Part shown: in pieces, positions 12,001 through 21,200 of the stretch
Layout of the letters: each line of letters starts with the position of its first letter
Numbering within the stretch: position 1 is the stretch's first letter
Source of the DNA: Prasinococcaceae sp. CCMP 1430
Taxonomy: Eukaryota > Plantae > Prasinodermophyta
Reading direction: 5' to 3'
DNA: 64,000 nt
Assembly: GCA_013416795.1 (NCBI GenBank)
Contig: RQSC01000015.1
Span: 167,696-231,695 of the forward strand
Notes under the pieces: generated by a model
Told to the model about the DNA's origin: nothing
What the model saw: only the letters and a program-made list of their open reading frames with translations
Database searches by the model: none
Made by a program: the position numbers and the translations under genes

Positions 12001-12832
12001 CGGCCTTAGCGCGGCGCTCCTCGAGCTCCCTGATGGCCTGCTCGCGAGCCGCGGTCTCGTCGAAGGCGACCTCCGCGGGCGGCGCCGGCAGCGACGCTTC
12101 AAGCGCCAACTGTGCCTTGGCCGCACGCTCGGCGAGTATGTCACGCAGCGCGGCATCCTCATCGAACTCGTCAGCGCTAGGCGGGGCCTTTCCGCGCAGC
12201 TCGCGCAGCCGGCTCTGAGCGGCGGCCATGGCTGCCTCAGCTTGGTCCGCCGCGGCGCCTAGCTTGTCCGCATCGCCTTCGAGTTCCGTTGCGGCCACGG
12301 CCGCGTCCACGGCGCCCCCGCTCCCGCCGAGCAGCCGCTGCTCCATTCGCAGGGCGTTGTCGCAGTTCCTGTCGCGCGGCCGGTCGGCGAAGTATATTCC
12401 ATCGTGCGCGCGGCTGTACACTGCTCCGGGGCCGTTCACAGGCGCCGCCGGCGGGATCCAGAGCCCCTTGTCGGGCGCGCCGGGCCCCGCGGCGTCGAGG
12501 TACGCCCCAGGGCACGTGACACCCTCCGCACAGCCGAGCGGATTGCCGTTGGGCAGCAGCCTGTGGCGCAGCGGCGCGAGCGGCGTGCGCTGCGTGCTGG
12601 CCTGCGAGAAGAGCGAGCCAAGCCCGCCGGCGTCGCCCTCCACCTCGAAGCCGCTGGCCCCCAGGAGGCTGCTGCTGGTCGCGCGCGTCGCGGGCATGAT
12701 CTCATCGTCCTCCTCGTCGCCGTTGCCGGTGGCCGCGGTCGCGGCGCCCGCGCGCGCGGGGCGGCCGAATCCCCTCCCGCCGGGGGTCGGATACGGTGCG
12801 GCCCGCGCGCAAACGCTGCCAGCGGATTCCAT
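6071..12832 (-). CDS. CC2D2A: CC2D2A/MKS6-like ciliary transition-zone protein (coiled-coil plus C2 domains), intronless
   Basis: Long ORF with the LDPNDPRN motif, IFRPRRKLKP, a C2 domain (VSKAYNIPLR...FVEVTFQG...PVWSEQLVLPF), a transglutaminase-like C-terminal part (YANVQ...WDL) and terminal TGYPL...WIYVALL. ATG at 12832 or 12698. Confidence 0.85.
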   Translation of the reverse strand: MESAGSVCARAAPYPTPGGRGFGRPARAGAATAATGNGDEEDDEIMPATRATSSSLLGASGFEVEGDAGGLGSLFSQASTQRTPLAPLRHRLLPNGNPLGCAEGVTCPGAYLDAAGPGAPDKGLWIPPAAPVNGPGAVYSRAHDGIYFADRPRDRNCDNALRMEQRLLGGSGGAVDAAVAATELEGDADKLGAAADQAEAAMAAAQSRLRELRGKAPPSADEFDEDAALRDILAERAAKAQLALEASLPAPPAEVAFDETAAREQAIRELEERRAKAGQAPPPEPPNDPEAVEMPPEFDEAAARAEAEAVVPQVAAGAKAEFTPAPFDEAAARAQAEAGAPAGSVPFEAAPFEAEPFEAAPFEDAPFDASPFDEAAAAERAAAENPAPQSQQPPVAPVEEEFDEEVVVEDIKDERKEARGGADIADEQAELKAVAEELKRREEAHNVQQAKASEEHAAALAAHAEAEKAAADAHAAAIGKAIEEIRAEHERAQGERKAEHERAQGERKAEHERAQGERKAEHERAQDERKAEHEGATKAAREAAIEAAMAAARSEHEAAQGIARASFEAEDDLAAAAAATAAAERSAAVDARVAAARAAVENAREAAGDEAERRKAAYAAAQEAYAAELVAYERAKTPDNDADTAFIEERVAAARDAAAARHAEMMAVYEAAKSEHEKRVTTKGAEQESEVAAARAEVAVRRAKHASDAGADAAAHAALVSDAEAAAAAAEQRAKHARSAAVQARTWAEQARARVAVGDGSNRRETLQREKLRRRWTDESGQPSHMADPSDRSRGRSPFIYDPEAPYLACEPTRVLFDTGADVSARAYQLDVELGRVDLHDHSLMAREEVLAAALDTSVGVYERRAGAGMAEFRSQQADALSAALDKANAEIERLGGFDAVRAAAAAAQGADAPAPAANAGGTAGEGLRCAALLERKERLDVEVADAAEMRDAEEAEDLQHVRHIQSLFAELQEVRRVQGFAATTASVRFTHRPGDPKRDAERERLAVAGQVRQMAARHTKVQADARKEHALAMSAANEHLRLARAKAEEGARMRREAAAKPGAPAEATETERDQAEADLAAVAAAEAQLEKVGAMAPKEVAFDTDAAAEAVVAARRAAGTETKVGAPRVVPMRATTPRHEPVIPPQETQRRRRLAAMRVYAKVFIDGREAGITPPAAPAGITAMSFELGTLLSLQVRACPHELRVDIYEKAFPSDKVLASLYLAVPGTNGAPLVYERPGTFEFTGDEAFSSPWDIAQGGGLREGATMRYPHGSLQARMAWTGEVDVGTGAATSGVLAVEGTAKPGESSSTAADGGASGSFDVEAAGARGDVGDRAPPPVAAVEVDAHVIVHGRSTAARASHSQGHTRRHAPFASVGALSEPRLVEWIEGSKRALDPNDPRNSHIVELLHGKMGNTVTAREAAAAAGVRPPGYRLGADDAAALEAGVLGPRARLLRVRWDRAVRLDLEVPLRDNDLHPQQLEVLEQAEGRGGGDAQRMRHQPDKSALSDAASDAAMKLRESARLALRDRLAAALPAAAVRGGVPLAGGIGSGPASAALRARLRPAARVEDVVKDTPLPEFGLNLQWLSEIFRPRRKLKPTVTTEVVRTTHPDVCQISIYVSKAYNIPLRVGDAQSVFGRFNQTGAGGVGAAAAGAFSPSATMRTSSGLDDALLGDPVLDGANGGGATRASTFVEVTFQGRTVRTRSVDCGAPVWSEQLVLPFSPPQGGSAPSVLHAMKEPLIISLYDEVPDASGAVDAAGCFRTMRRYLGRQVTPIGEVCRAGQLRGPIRLAAPSALLGYRRQRGGGAAGDMPLLYVSLALQPQLTPEIFEVADETTSMSEFTLGQGVTGDVGISAAPTVEDALLLQQARAWEADCKRLSVPARAIVRDAEGAAVVACRYISSLRPPPSLGLPDDGAVGEQGMQMMLRFVSLYPDPPEWLYTFRADRMWMRHAEVAECSMAGGVERALMLCSLFRWAGVEAYVLSDAVGVEPSHVITMSGVAGADAPRRIWCPGSVHCDGDGTAYDVSDVSCEVRSVGTLLGPANAYANVQAVKAPWEVTWDLWDARLWHAMLPRVSRGVASTPAATSREAALATVQAQPTFAPVGMLSMRAIEEALERRVMDSLSSARTLTYTHFNRRLSKELKPLLQELEQLRASGESFASGGAAMGGDSLGAELAHEKALESFTRTYRFTGYPLLVPLSSVEEACQRVLATGIHLDTSQGNEFAVATLVAPAGAGAVAAAWIYVALLVRK
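11232..11372 (-). repeat. 33-bp coding tandem repeat (AEHERAQGERK x~4) in CC2D2A; a 15-bp APFEA repeat lies at ~11715-11795
   Basis: ctcgtgctccgccttgcg(t/c)tcgccctgcgcgcg is repeated in tandem. Confidence 0.9.
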
Positions 12833-14276
12833 CGGAGGTTTAAATATCTGCGGGGCGCGACGCGGTCCGCTCCTCGCCGGAGTGTTTTCCCCATTCGCAC
12901 GGCCCGCCCGCGCGCGCGCGCGCGCGCGCGCGCGCGGCGGGAAAAATCTGCGCGACGCCCCCGCAGAGCCGGGTCCGCGCCCGATCGAAACGGGGCTGAT
13001 CGACGGGTCGAATCGGAAGCGGTCGGGGGCGATGCGGGGGAGACGAACGATCCCAATCGGGTCCGAGAAGGGGATACCAGGTGAATCCAGCAGGTCCGCG
13101 AAATGGTTGGTTGGCGCGTCAGAGGGGACTTTCACCGACATTGAGACCGAGCGCCGCGCGTCAGAATGGCTCTCCCGTGGGTACCTTATTCTCGAAAAGA
13201 CGTGCGCGGCCTTTGTCCCCTTGCCATCTTCTTGCTCGTGTTGGACTGTTGGTTCGGTTCCGGTTCCCCCACGGCACGGCAGTTCGTTCGGCGGTCGGTG
13301 GATCCGCCAAGCCGCGGACGGCTCCCCGCCCCCGACGCCGCCCTCCCCGCAGTTCCGGATCTATTCCTCGGTGCGTCGCTCCCACCCCGTCGGCGACCGT
13401 CGGTTGGCCCCAACCAACCCACCAACCAACCAACGATATGGCTCGTGTGGCTGGCGCGAAGGGTGCGGCCCGCGCGCGCGCTCCCAGTCACACGCATGCT
13501 GGGCGCACCGCACCGCGCAGACAGCGCCGCAGCAGCAGCAGCGCAGGGCGCAGGACTGGCTGGGAGCAGAGCTGAGAGAGCGGAGGGGGCAGACCGGCGT
13601 CCGACCGAGGCAGGGCTCTGGCCGACCCCGACGCAGGCGGGTGCCGTACCGACTTGGGCAGAAGAGGCTCAATGGAGCCGGAGGCGCGGCTGCTCCTACA
13701 GTACTGTCTGGCTGTGGCGGGCCACCCAACGCGTACGTCGGCTGGCGTTCAAAACCTCAATGATTCCACCCGAGGTTCGACCGTACCCAAACCTCCAATG
13801 CCGCGGATTCGCAGCGCGATTTTAGATGTATTGACATCTAATATGTATTTGACGGTGTGGTGTTTGAGAGGTCGCGCGCGCGCGTTCGGGCGCTGTCGCG
13901 GACCCTCCGTCGCGGCCGCGTCGAGAGCCGCGGAGTCCGCCCGTGCGCGTTTCGTCGCGCGCTGGGCGCGTTTTCGGGGGGCGGGGCCGGGTGCCGCGCG
14001 ATGGCCGTTCCGGGCGCGGCCGGCGGGCGATTTCGCGCGCGCGCGGGCGGAAAATCGTTCGCCGATCGGCGGCCCTCCTCTGTGTGGCCCGCGTCCGGTC
14101 GATCGATCGATCCGCAGCGGGCCCGAAACGCATGCGTTTTGATGGGGGGCAAAAACGCGCGCGAAAAGCGCGCGCGCGCGGCGCGCGCGCGCGCGCGCTC
14201 CGCCGCGCCACACTCGACGCAAGGTGCGCGGCGCGCGACGCGGCGCTCGCGCTCCCCCCACTCCCGCCTCCGCCCC

Positions 14277-14671
14277 NNNNNNNNNNNNNNNNNNNNNNNN
14301 NNNNNNNNNNNNNNNNNNNNNNNNNNNNNNNNNNNNNNNNNNNNNNNNNNNNNNNNNNNNNNNNNNNNNNNNNNNNNNNNNNNNNNNNNNNNNNNNNNNN
14401 NNNNNNNNNNNNNNNNNNNNNNNNNNNNNNNNNNNNNNNNNNNNNNNNNNNNNNNNNNNNNNNNNNNNNNNNNNNNNNNNNNNNNNNNNNNNNNNNNNNN
14501 NNNNNNNNNNNNNNNNNNNNNNNNNNNNNNNNNNNNNNNNNNNNNNNNNNNNNNNNNNNNNNNNNNNNNNNNNNNNNNNNNNNNNNNNNNNNNNNNNNNN
14601 NNNNNNNNNNNNNNNNNNNNNNNNNNNNNNNNNNNNNNNNNNNNNNNNNNNNNNNNNNNNNNNNNNNNNNN
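14277..14671. other. Assembly gap (N run) that contains the 5' exons of SAM synthetase
   Basis: Run of N flanked by poly-C/GC runs. Confidence 0.99.
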
Positions 14672-14711
14672 NCCCCCCCCCCCCCCCCCCCCGGCGCGCG
14701 CGCGCGCGCAG

Positions 14712-15731
14712 GTGATGGTGTTCGGCGAGATCACCACCACCGCCAAGGTCGACTACGAGGCCGTCGTGCGCAAGACCTGCAACGAGATCGGCTTCGACGC
14801 GCCCGAGAAGGGCCTCGACGGCAACAACTGCAAGGTGATGGTGCACCTCGAGGAGCAGTCGCCGGACATCGGCCAGGGCGTGCACGGCATGGGCACCAAG
14901 AAGCTCGAGGACATCGGCGCCGGCGACCAGGGCCACATGTTCGGCTACGCCACCGACGAGACCCCTGAGCTCATGCCGCTCACCCACGTGCTGGCGACCA
15001 ACCTCGGCGCCAAGCTCACCGAGGTGCGCAAGAACGGCACCTGCCCGTGGGTGCGCCCCGACGGCAAGACCCAGGTCACCGTCGAGTACAGGAACGACAA
15101 CGGCGCGATGATCCCGCTCCGCGTGCACACCATCCTCATCTCCACCCAGCACGACGAGACCGTGACCAACGAGAAGATCGCCGCGGACCTGCAGGAGCAC
15201 GTGATCAAGCCCGTGGTGCCCGCCAAGTACCTCGACGACAAGACCATCTACCACCTCAACCCCTCCGGCCGCTTCGTCATCGGCGGCCCGCACGGCGACG
15301 CCGGCCTCACCGGCCGCAAGATCATCATCGACACCTACGGCGGCTGGGGCGCGCACGGCGGCGGCGCCTTCTCGGGCAAGGACCCCACCAAGGTCGACCG
15401 CTCGGGCGCGTACATCACGCGCCAGGCGGCCAAGTCGGTCGTGGCGGCCGGCCTCGCGCGCCGCTGCATCGTGCAGCTCTCGTACGCCATCGGCGTGCCG
15501 GAGCCGCTGTCGGTGTTCGTCGACACCTACGGCACGGGCAAGGTGCCGGACGCGGAGATCCTCGAGAAGGTCAAGGCGGCCTTCGACTTCCGCCCGGGCC
15601 TCATCGGCAAGAGCCTGCAGCTGAAGGAGATCGAGGGCGGCTGCCCCAAGCGCTACCAGCAGACCGCCGCCTACGGCCACTTCGGCCGCGAGGGCCCGGC
15701 CTTCACCTGGGAGAAGGTCGTCCCCCTGTAA
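14712..15731 (+). CDS. METK: S-adenosylmethionine synthetase (canonical MAT), last exon; 5' part in the gap
   Basis: [56 protein letters not shown] and TAAYGHFGR motifs. Acceptor gcgcag precedes 14712. Near-total GC3 codon usage suggests high expression. Confidence 0.97.
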   Translation: MMVFGEITTTAKVDYEAVVRKTCNEIGFDAPEKGLDGNNCKVMVHLEEQSPDIGQGVHGMGTKKLEDIGAGDQGHMFGYATDETPELMPLTHVLATNLGAKLTEVRKNGTCPWVRPDGKTQVTVEYRNDNGAMIPLRVHTILISTQHDETVTNEKIAADLQEHVIKPVVPAKYLDDKTIYHLNPSGRFVIGGPHGDAGLTGRKIIIDTYGGWGAHGGGAFSGKDPTKVDRSGAYITRQAAKSVVAAGLARRCIVQLSYAIGVPEPLSVFVDTYGTGKVPDAEILEKVKAAFDFRPGLIGKSLQLKEIEGGCPKRYQQTAAYGHFGREGPAFTWEKVVPL

Positions 15732-16377
15732 GTGCCCCCAAACGCACCCGCGCGCCCTCGCGGGCGTGGCGGGGCGGGCGGACGCGGCGGCTGCGGGGTG
15801 TCACCCAATTTTTTGGACGGGCGGGGCGCGGCCCCGCCTCGCCCGCTAGAGTGATACGATGGTAACGGATAGGAGAAACGCAATAGCAGGCGGAGGACGC
15901 GGACCCGGAGACCTCAAGGGACCATCAACAGGGACGGCAAGAGCGACGCAGACGAACACACACACGAGCAACGGCGAGCAAACAGGTGGCTTCCGCGCGG
16001 GCGGCGAGCCGACAACAGAGCGGCGCGCCGCGCGCCGGGACACGACCCATGGCGCGGCCAGCGTGCAGGCAAGGACACGCGCCCCACGAGTTACGAGACA
16101 CACACACGACAAGTGCCACCACTCCGCACACGCCGGACTTTCCACACAACGCCCTGGTATGGTCTATTGGAGTAAGCGAAACCACGCCTCGCCTGACTTG
16201 GTAGGCTAATCAATTCAAGATGTGCACGGACCACGCGGATGCGGCAAGCGGCGCGGCGCGAGCGCGGGCGGCGAGCGGGCGAGCCTGGCCCGTGCTGCGC
16301 GCGCGCTGCCACCAATTTGGTCGGCTCTACAAGCCCGACCGCGCGTGCGTCGCTAATGTCCTACGCCTCGCGCGCGC

Positions 16378-17647
16378 TCAGTCGGCGTCGAAGCTTGTGT
16401 CGGGATCCGCGCCTGAGTAGCCCATGAAAGGGTCAAATGCGGGGCCGCTGCCACGACTCCCCTCGCTGCCCACGCGCACGCTGCCAGGCGGCGGCCGACA
16501 CCACTGGGCGTAGGTGGGGACCAAGAACTCCGGCACCGCCTTGGTTCCATGCGCGGAGCTCCCCACGCCCACCTCCGACGTGTAGCGCGCGTCCGCCGCC
16601 GGGCGCATGTTGGTCGGGTCGTCGAAGACGTCGTTGGCGATGGCCTCGTCGATGAACGCCTGGATGGGCGCCACACTTTCCAGGAGTTCAAGCTCGTTGG
16701 TGATTTCACACAACCGCTTGCCTGGTGGGCGAGAGTGTGCGGGCGCCGGCAAAGCGGGTGAGCGGAAGTGAGCGCGCGTCGTGCCCACGCGTGGCGCAGC
16801 GGCGTGGCGGGCGTGAGCGCATGTGCGCGTCGAGCGTGCGCGCTCGCGCGCCCTCGCGGACTCGCGCGGCGGCCACTGCGCACGCTGCGCGTTCGAGGCG
16901 CACCTTCCTTTGCCGCGTCCTCGCAGTTTGCCTTTGCCCCCAGCAGCCTCTGCTGCTGCTGCAGCAGCGCCCACTCCTTGGCGGACTGCTCCTCCTTGAG
17001 CGCCATGAGCACCTCGGCGCGCTTCGACTCCACCTGTGCCAACAGCGCAGAGAAGAAATGGTCCGCTGAGGTCTGCGCCTCGCGCCCCTTCTCAGCCACC
17101 TGCCTCATTTCTTCCTCCACTGCCGCACTCGCGTTGTTGAGCTGCCGCGTGCGCCTGTCGAGCAGCGCCACGCTGGAGAGCACACTCTCGCGCGTCCCGC
17201 GACTCGCCGCGCGGATCTCGCCCGCCATCCCCTGCCATCGCTTGTGCTGAGCGATGCTCGCCTCACTCGCCTGCCATGGAGCATGCGACAGAGCGCGGTC
17301 CGAGCGCGAGCGCGTGTGCGTTCGCAAGCGCGTGTGAGCGCGCGCGCTGCCGCCGCGCGCGGTCCGTGGGGGGCAGGGGCGGGCGCGCGGGTGCGGGCGT
17401 CCGTGCGTGCGCCAACGCTGTGCTTGCACGCCCTGGCGCGAGCGCGGGCTCCCGCGCGAGGCTCGCGGCCGCGCGCTCTCACCCTCGTGTTGAAGCACGC
17501 CGCGACTTTTGGTGTCATCGCGCGCTGCACGACGAGCTCCCCAACCGCCGCCAGCGCCGGCGCACCGCCCTGCACGGGCGCCGGGGCGTACGCGCTCTCC
17601 ATCCCGCGGTTCGTCTGCTCCTCCGCCACGCGCGCCACAGCGCTCAT
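16378..17647 (-). CDS. Coiled-coil protein (BBC/TRIM coiled-coil-like); exons 17647-17483, 17270-16904, 16721-16378
   Basis: Three ORF segments are joined in frame by GTGAGA..GCAG and GTGCGC..CCAG introns. The middle exon is a heptad helix (HFFSALLAQVESKRAEVLMALKEEQSAKEWALLQQQQRL). Confidence 0.65.
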
Positions 17648-18247
17648 GCCGATGCGCTGCCGGCCGGCAGCGCGGCGCGGGCCCGCGAAACACAAGGCCC
17701 GGCGGCGGCAGCGCCAGTCGCCGCCGCCGCCCCGCTGCTCGCGCAGCGCGCCCCCGCCGTCGCCCCGGGGAACGAGAGGGTTGAGCCCCATCCGAACGAG
17801 CAAGGGGAGATGTCATCGCACGCACATCAAAACCAACGCAGCGCCTTGGGGGAAACGGAAACGCACGGAAAAGCTTAAAAGAATACGTAGTTAAACCCTC
17901 GATTTGAAATACCCAAAACATAACCCTAACATCGCCGAATCCCGTTCGCGGGTCTGGAAGCGTACAACGCACGCCGTGGCCCGGGCAGCCGCTGGACGGG
18001 CCCACCCGAGTGGGTGGGTGGGTGGGGGGGGTGGGGGTGCGAGCGCGAGTGCACGAGGGCGAGGGCGAGCGCACTTGCGAGCGCCGCCACCTGAGGGGCT
18101 GCCTCGCACCGCCCGGCTCCGCCCGCTCCGCGGCGAGTGCGACGAGTGCGATGATTGCGTCGTTATTACTGGAGCCGCGCGGGGCGCGGCGTGTGTGAAT
18201 GAATTATGATGATAGTAGGGTGATGTCCCCGCGCGGTCCGCGGGCGC

Positions 18248-21200
18248 TCACGAGAGCGAGGTGAAGGCCGCGGCCGAGCGTGCGATCCAGTGCGAGTCGG
18301 GCTTGTCGCTCGCGAGCGCAATGAACAGCACGAAGTTGGTCGAGTGGCCGGTCGTGCTGAGCGTGCCCGCCCTCGACAGGATCTTGTACACGGGGCACAT
18401 GTATATTCCCGGCCCCGCCTCGACGGGCTTCATCTGCTGCGGGAGTAGCCACATCACAGGCATGTTCGTGTACAACTCCTTGGGGCGCGATTCGGCGAGC
18501 CTGTGCTCCTTGTCGCACCAGCGCGCGCCCTCCAAGAACAGGCCGCGGATGTACACGCCGTCCTCGGGGCCGGAGGTGATGCTCGCGGGCATCATGGCGT
18601 CCTCCGTCTTGAACGAGAAGTTGACCGTGTCGATGGCCATCTTGTTCTTGCGCGCGTAATTCTGCAGCGTGCCCGTGAGGAAGGCCTGCGGAAAGTAGAA
18701 GCCGCTGATCCAGAAGCACTTGGGCACGCCCTCCTCATACCATTTGGTGAGGAACGCAGTCCTCTCCAAGAGGTCCTGCACCCAGCTTGAGAGGGCCTTC
18801 AGACTCGGGTAGGCCTTGTTGGACCACATCTCGGGCACGCGGTTGTCGAACACGGAGTCCGTCATGGCTTCGAGCTCAGGCGACATCACCACCAGCCCCT
18901 TGACGGCCTTGACGGCCTGGTCGAGCGAGCGGTGCATGACGGCAAGCAAGCCGTTGTAGCGGATGCACTCCTGCTGCAGCACTGTGTTCATGCTCTCCTC
19001 GTAGAGCGTGGGATAGCGCGCCTGCACGGCGTCCACGTCGAACACCTTCGGCACCCTGGCAGCGATCTCGCGACACTTATTCTCGATCTGCTCCTCGCGA
19101 CTCACGCCCTTGCCGGCGCTCACGCGCGGCTGCAGCGAAAGCACCGTCTCCAAGGTGGCGTACGTCTCGTTCTGGTCACACGTGATCTCAGCGTTGGCGT
19201 GCAGCCCGAAGATCTCGGGTGCGGGCTGCAGCGGCAGCGCGGCGATGTGGTCAAGGTTCGCCTTGGCCGAATCCGACCGGGCCGGCACCTTGTACGTGCC
19301 GCTGTCCGAGAACGAGTACGGCTCGTCCTCGCGCACCACGTCATCGTTGATGAACTTAAGCAGCAGCGTATTGGACAGCCGGCGGTCTTTGTCGTCCGTG
19401 ATGCGGCCGCCATAGTTGATCTCGCTGGTGAGCACACGGATGACCCGGTACGGGATGTCGTCGTAGTCGTTGAGGAAGTTGAGCATCTGCGTCTGGCACA
19501 CGCTCAGGTCGCCGTCGGTGAAGTCGTACCTGATGTTCCAGCCCAGCGGACCGAACTTCCGCCTCTCCTGGATGACGGCGTGGAAGAGGCACAGCCCGTA
19601 GAGCATCTTCTGCCACGCGACGGGCTTGGCGCACTCGGTGAGGTACTTGTCGGTGAAGCGCAGGTACGAGCGCGCCATGTTGGACTTGAGGCCGCGCGGC
19701 GGCTCGAGCGTCATCTTGACGCCGTTCTGCAGGATCGACACGGGGAACTTGGGCGAGGGCATCGACGTGAGCCACAGGCGGAAGTCCTTGTGAACCTTCT
19801 GTGGGTCCATGTTCTCCACGATCTGCTCGAGCGACTCCATCCAGCTGGGCGCGAGGTGGCAGTTCTGCAGGCACACCCACATGCCGCTTGCCATCGCCTT
19901 CTGCAGCAGCTTTTCGGCCTTGGGGCCCTGCCCCTGGCCGAGCGACACCTTGTCGAACTTGCGCTGCATTTTCATCTCCTCGGCGAGCTGCAGCAAGTCG
20001 GCCATCGGATCGGCGCCGGAGGATAGCACGAAGACGAGCGGGCTGAGCGGCGAGCTGTCCGCGTAGCACAGCTGCAAGTTGAAGGGCGGCGGCTCGATGA
20101 ACTTGCGGCCCATCTGCGCGTCGATGAAGTCCTGCATGCCGAGCACCACCCTGTCGGGCCGGAGGCAGCGCAGGAAAAGCAGCTTCTGCAGGCTTGAGAG
20201 CTTCGCGTCCCACTCGCCGCAAAGCGCCTCGCGGTGCGCGTCGCCCGCGTCGAACACGCCGCGGTAGTGGTCGATCTCCTCGGCGAAGTGCGCGTCGAAG
20301 CCCTCGAAGGCCGGCAGCCTGGCGAGGTTGAGGATCTCGATCCACGACTTGTCCGTGAGCCAGGGCGCGCCCGGGTTGGGCTTGTCGATGCTGCTGCTGG
20401 TGGGGCCCGCGAGGAAGAATCGATACTCGTCCCCATCCACCTCCCCGCGGTATTGCATGAGCTTGACGGTGAGCAGGAACGAGAACATGAGCTTGTCCTT
20501 CTCGAAAAGCGAGCGGCACACGTTCACGTACAGCGAGTACGTGAAGTACTCGTTGAGGTGGGATATGCGCTCCGCAATTTCCGAGGACTTCTCCGCGGCG
20601 CCGATGCCGCGCACGAAGAGATCGATGAACCACGTCAGCGAGTACTGGTACATGGGGTCAACCAGGCCCAAGTCGGCGATGCAGAAGAAGAGCAGCGACG
20701 CGCGGATCGCGACCGGGCGGTACTCCTCGCGCGTGGCATCGATGGAGCGCTCGGTGACCTCCGCCTCGGCCACCTTCTTGGAGATCTGATCCGACGTCAC
20801 CTTGGACTTGGCCAGCGTGTCGATGAGCGACTCGTCGTCGAGGATGTTACCCTGTGAGTTGGAGAGCATGTACAGGATCTTGTCCTCGATGTCCTTGAGC
20901 TCGCTCTTCATTCTGGCGTTGGCCACCACGAGCTGATTCTTCTGCTCCGATAGGTCCGGGCGCTCCTCGCCTACCACAGTGTTGAGAAGCTGATCCTCTA
21001 GCCCCTCTTGTGTGCTTAAGAAGCTCAACAGCGTCACCTTGACGCTGACCTCCGGCGAATACGCGGGGTTCGCCAGCTTGGTGGTGATGTAAAAGCGGAA
21101 GTCCGCGTGGTACGGGACGATGTTGTCGCCGATCTTGAGCACTTCGTTGCCGCCCTGCTTGTACGTCTGCTTGAGAAGCACGGGCTCAAGCGCGGGGTCG

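Noticed and set aside
14712-15731. SAM synthetase as the divergent MATX paralog or a horizontal acquisition
   Set aside because: The sequence reads as canonical eukaryotic MAT without obvious insertions; the extreme GC3 is explained by high expression.
17891-17930. ttaaaccct / taaccctaa telomere-like motifs (also ttaggg at ~31285)
   Set aside because: Isolated single copies; at most telo-box promoter motifs, not an interstitial telomere array.
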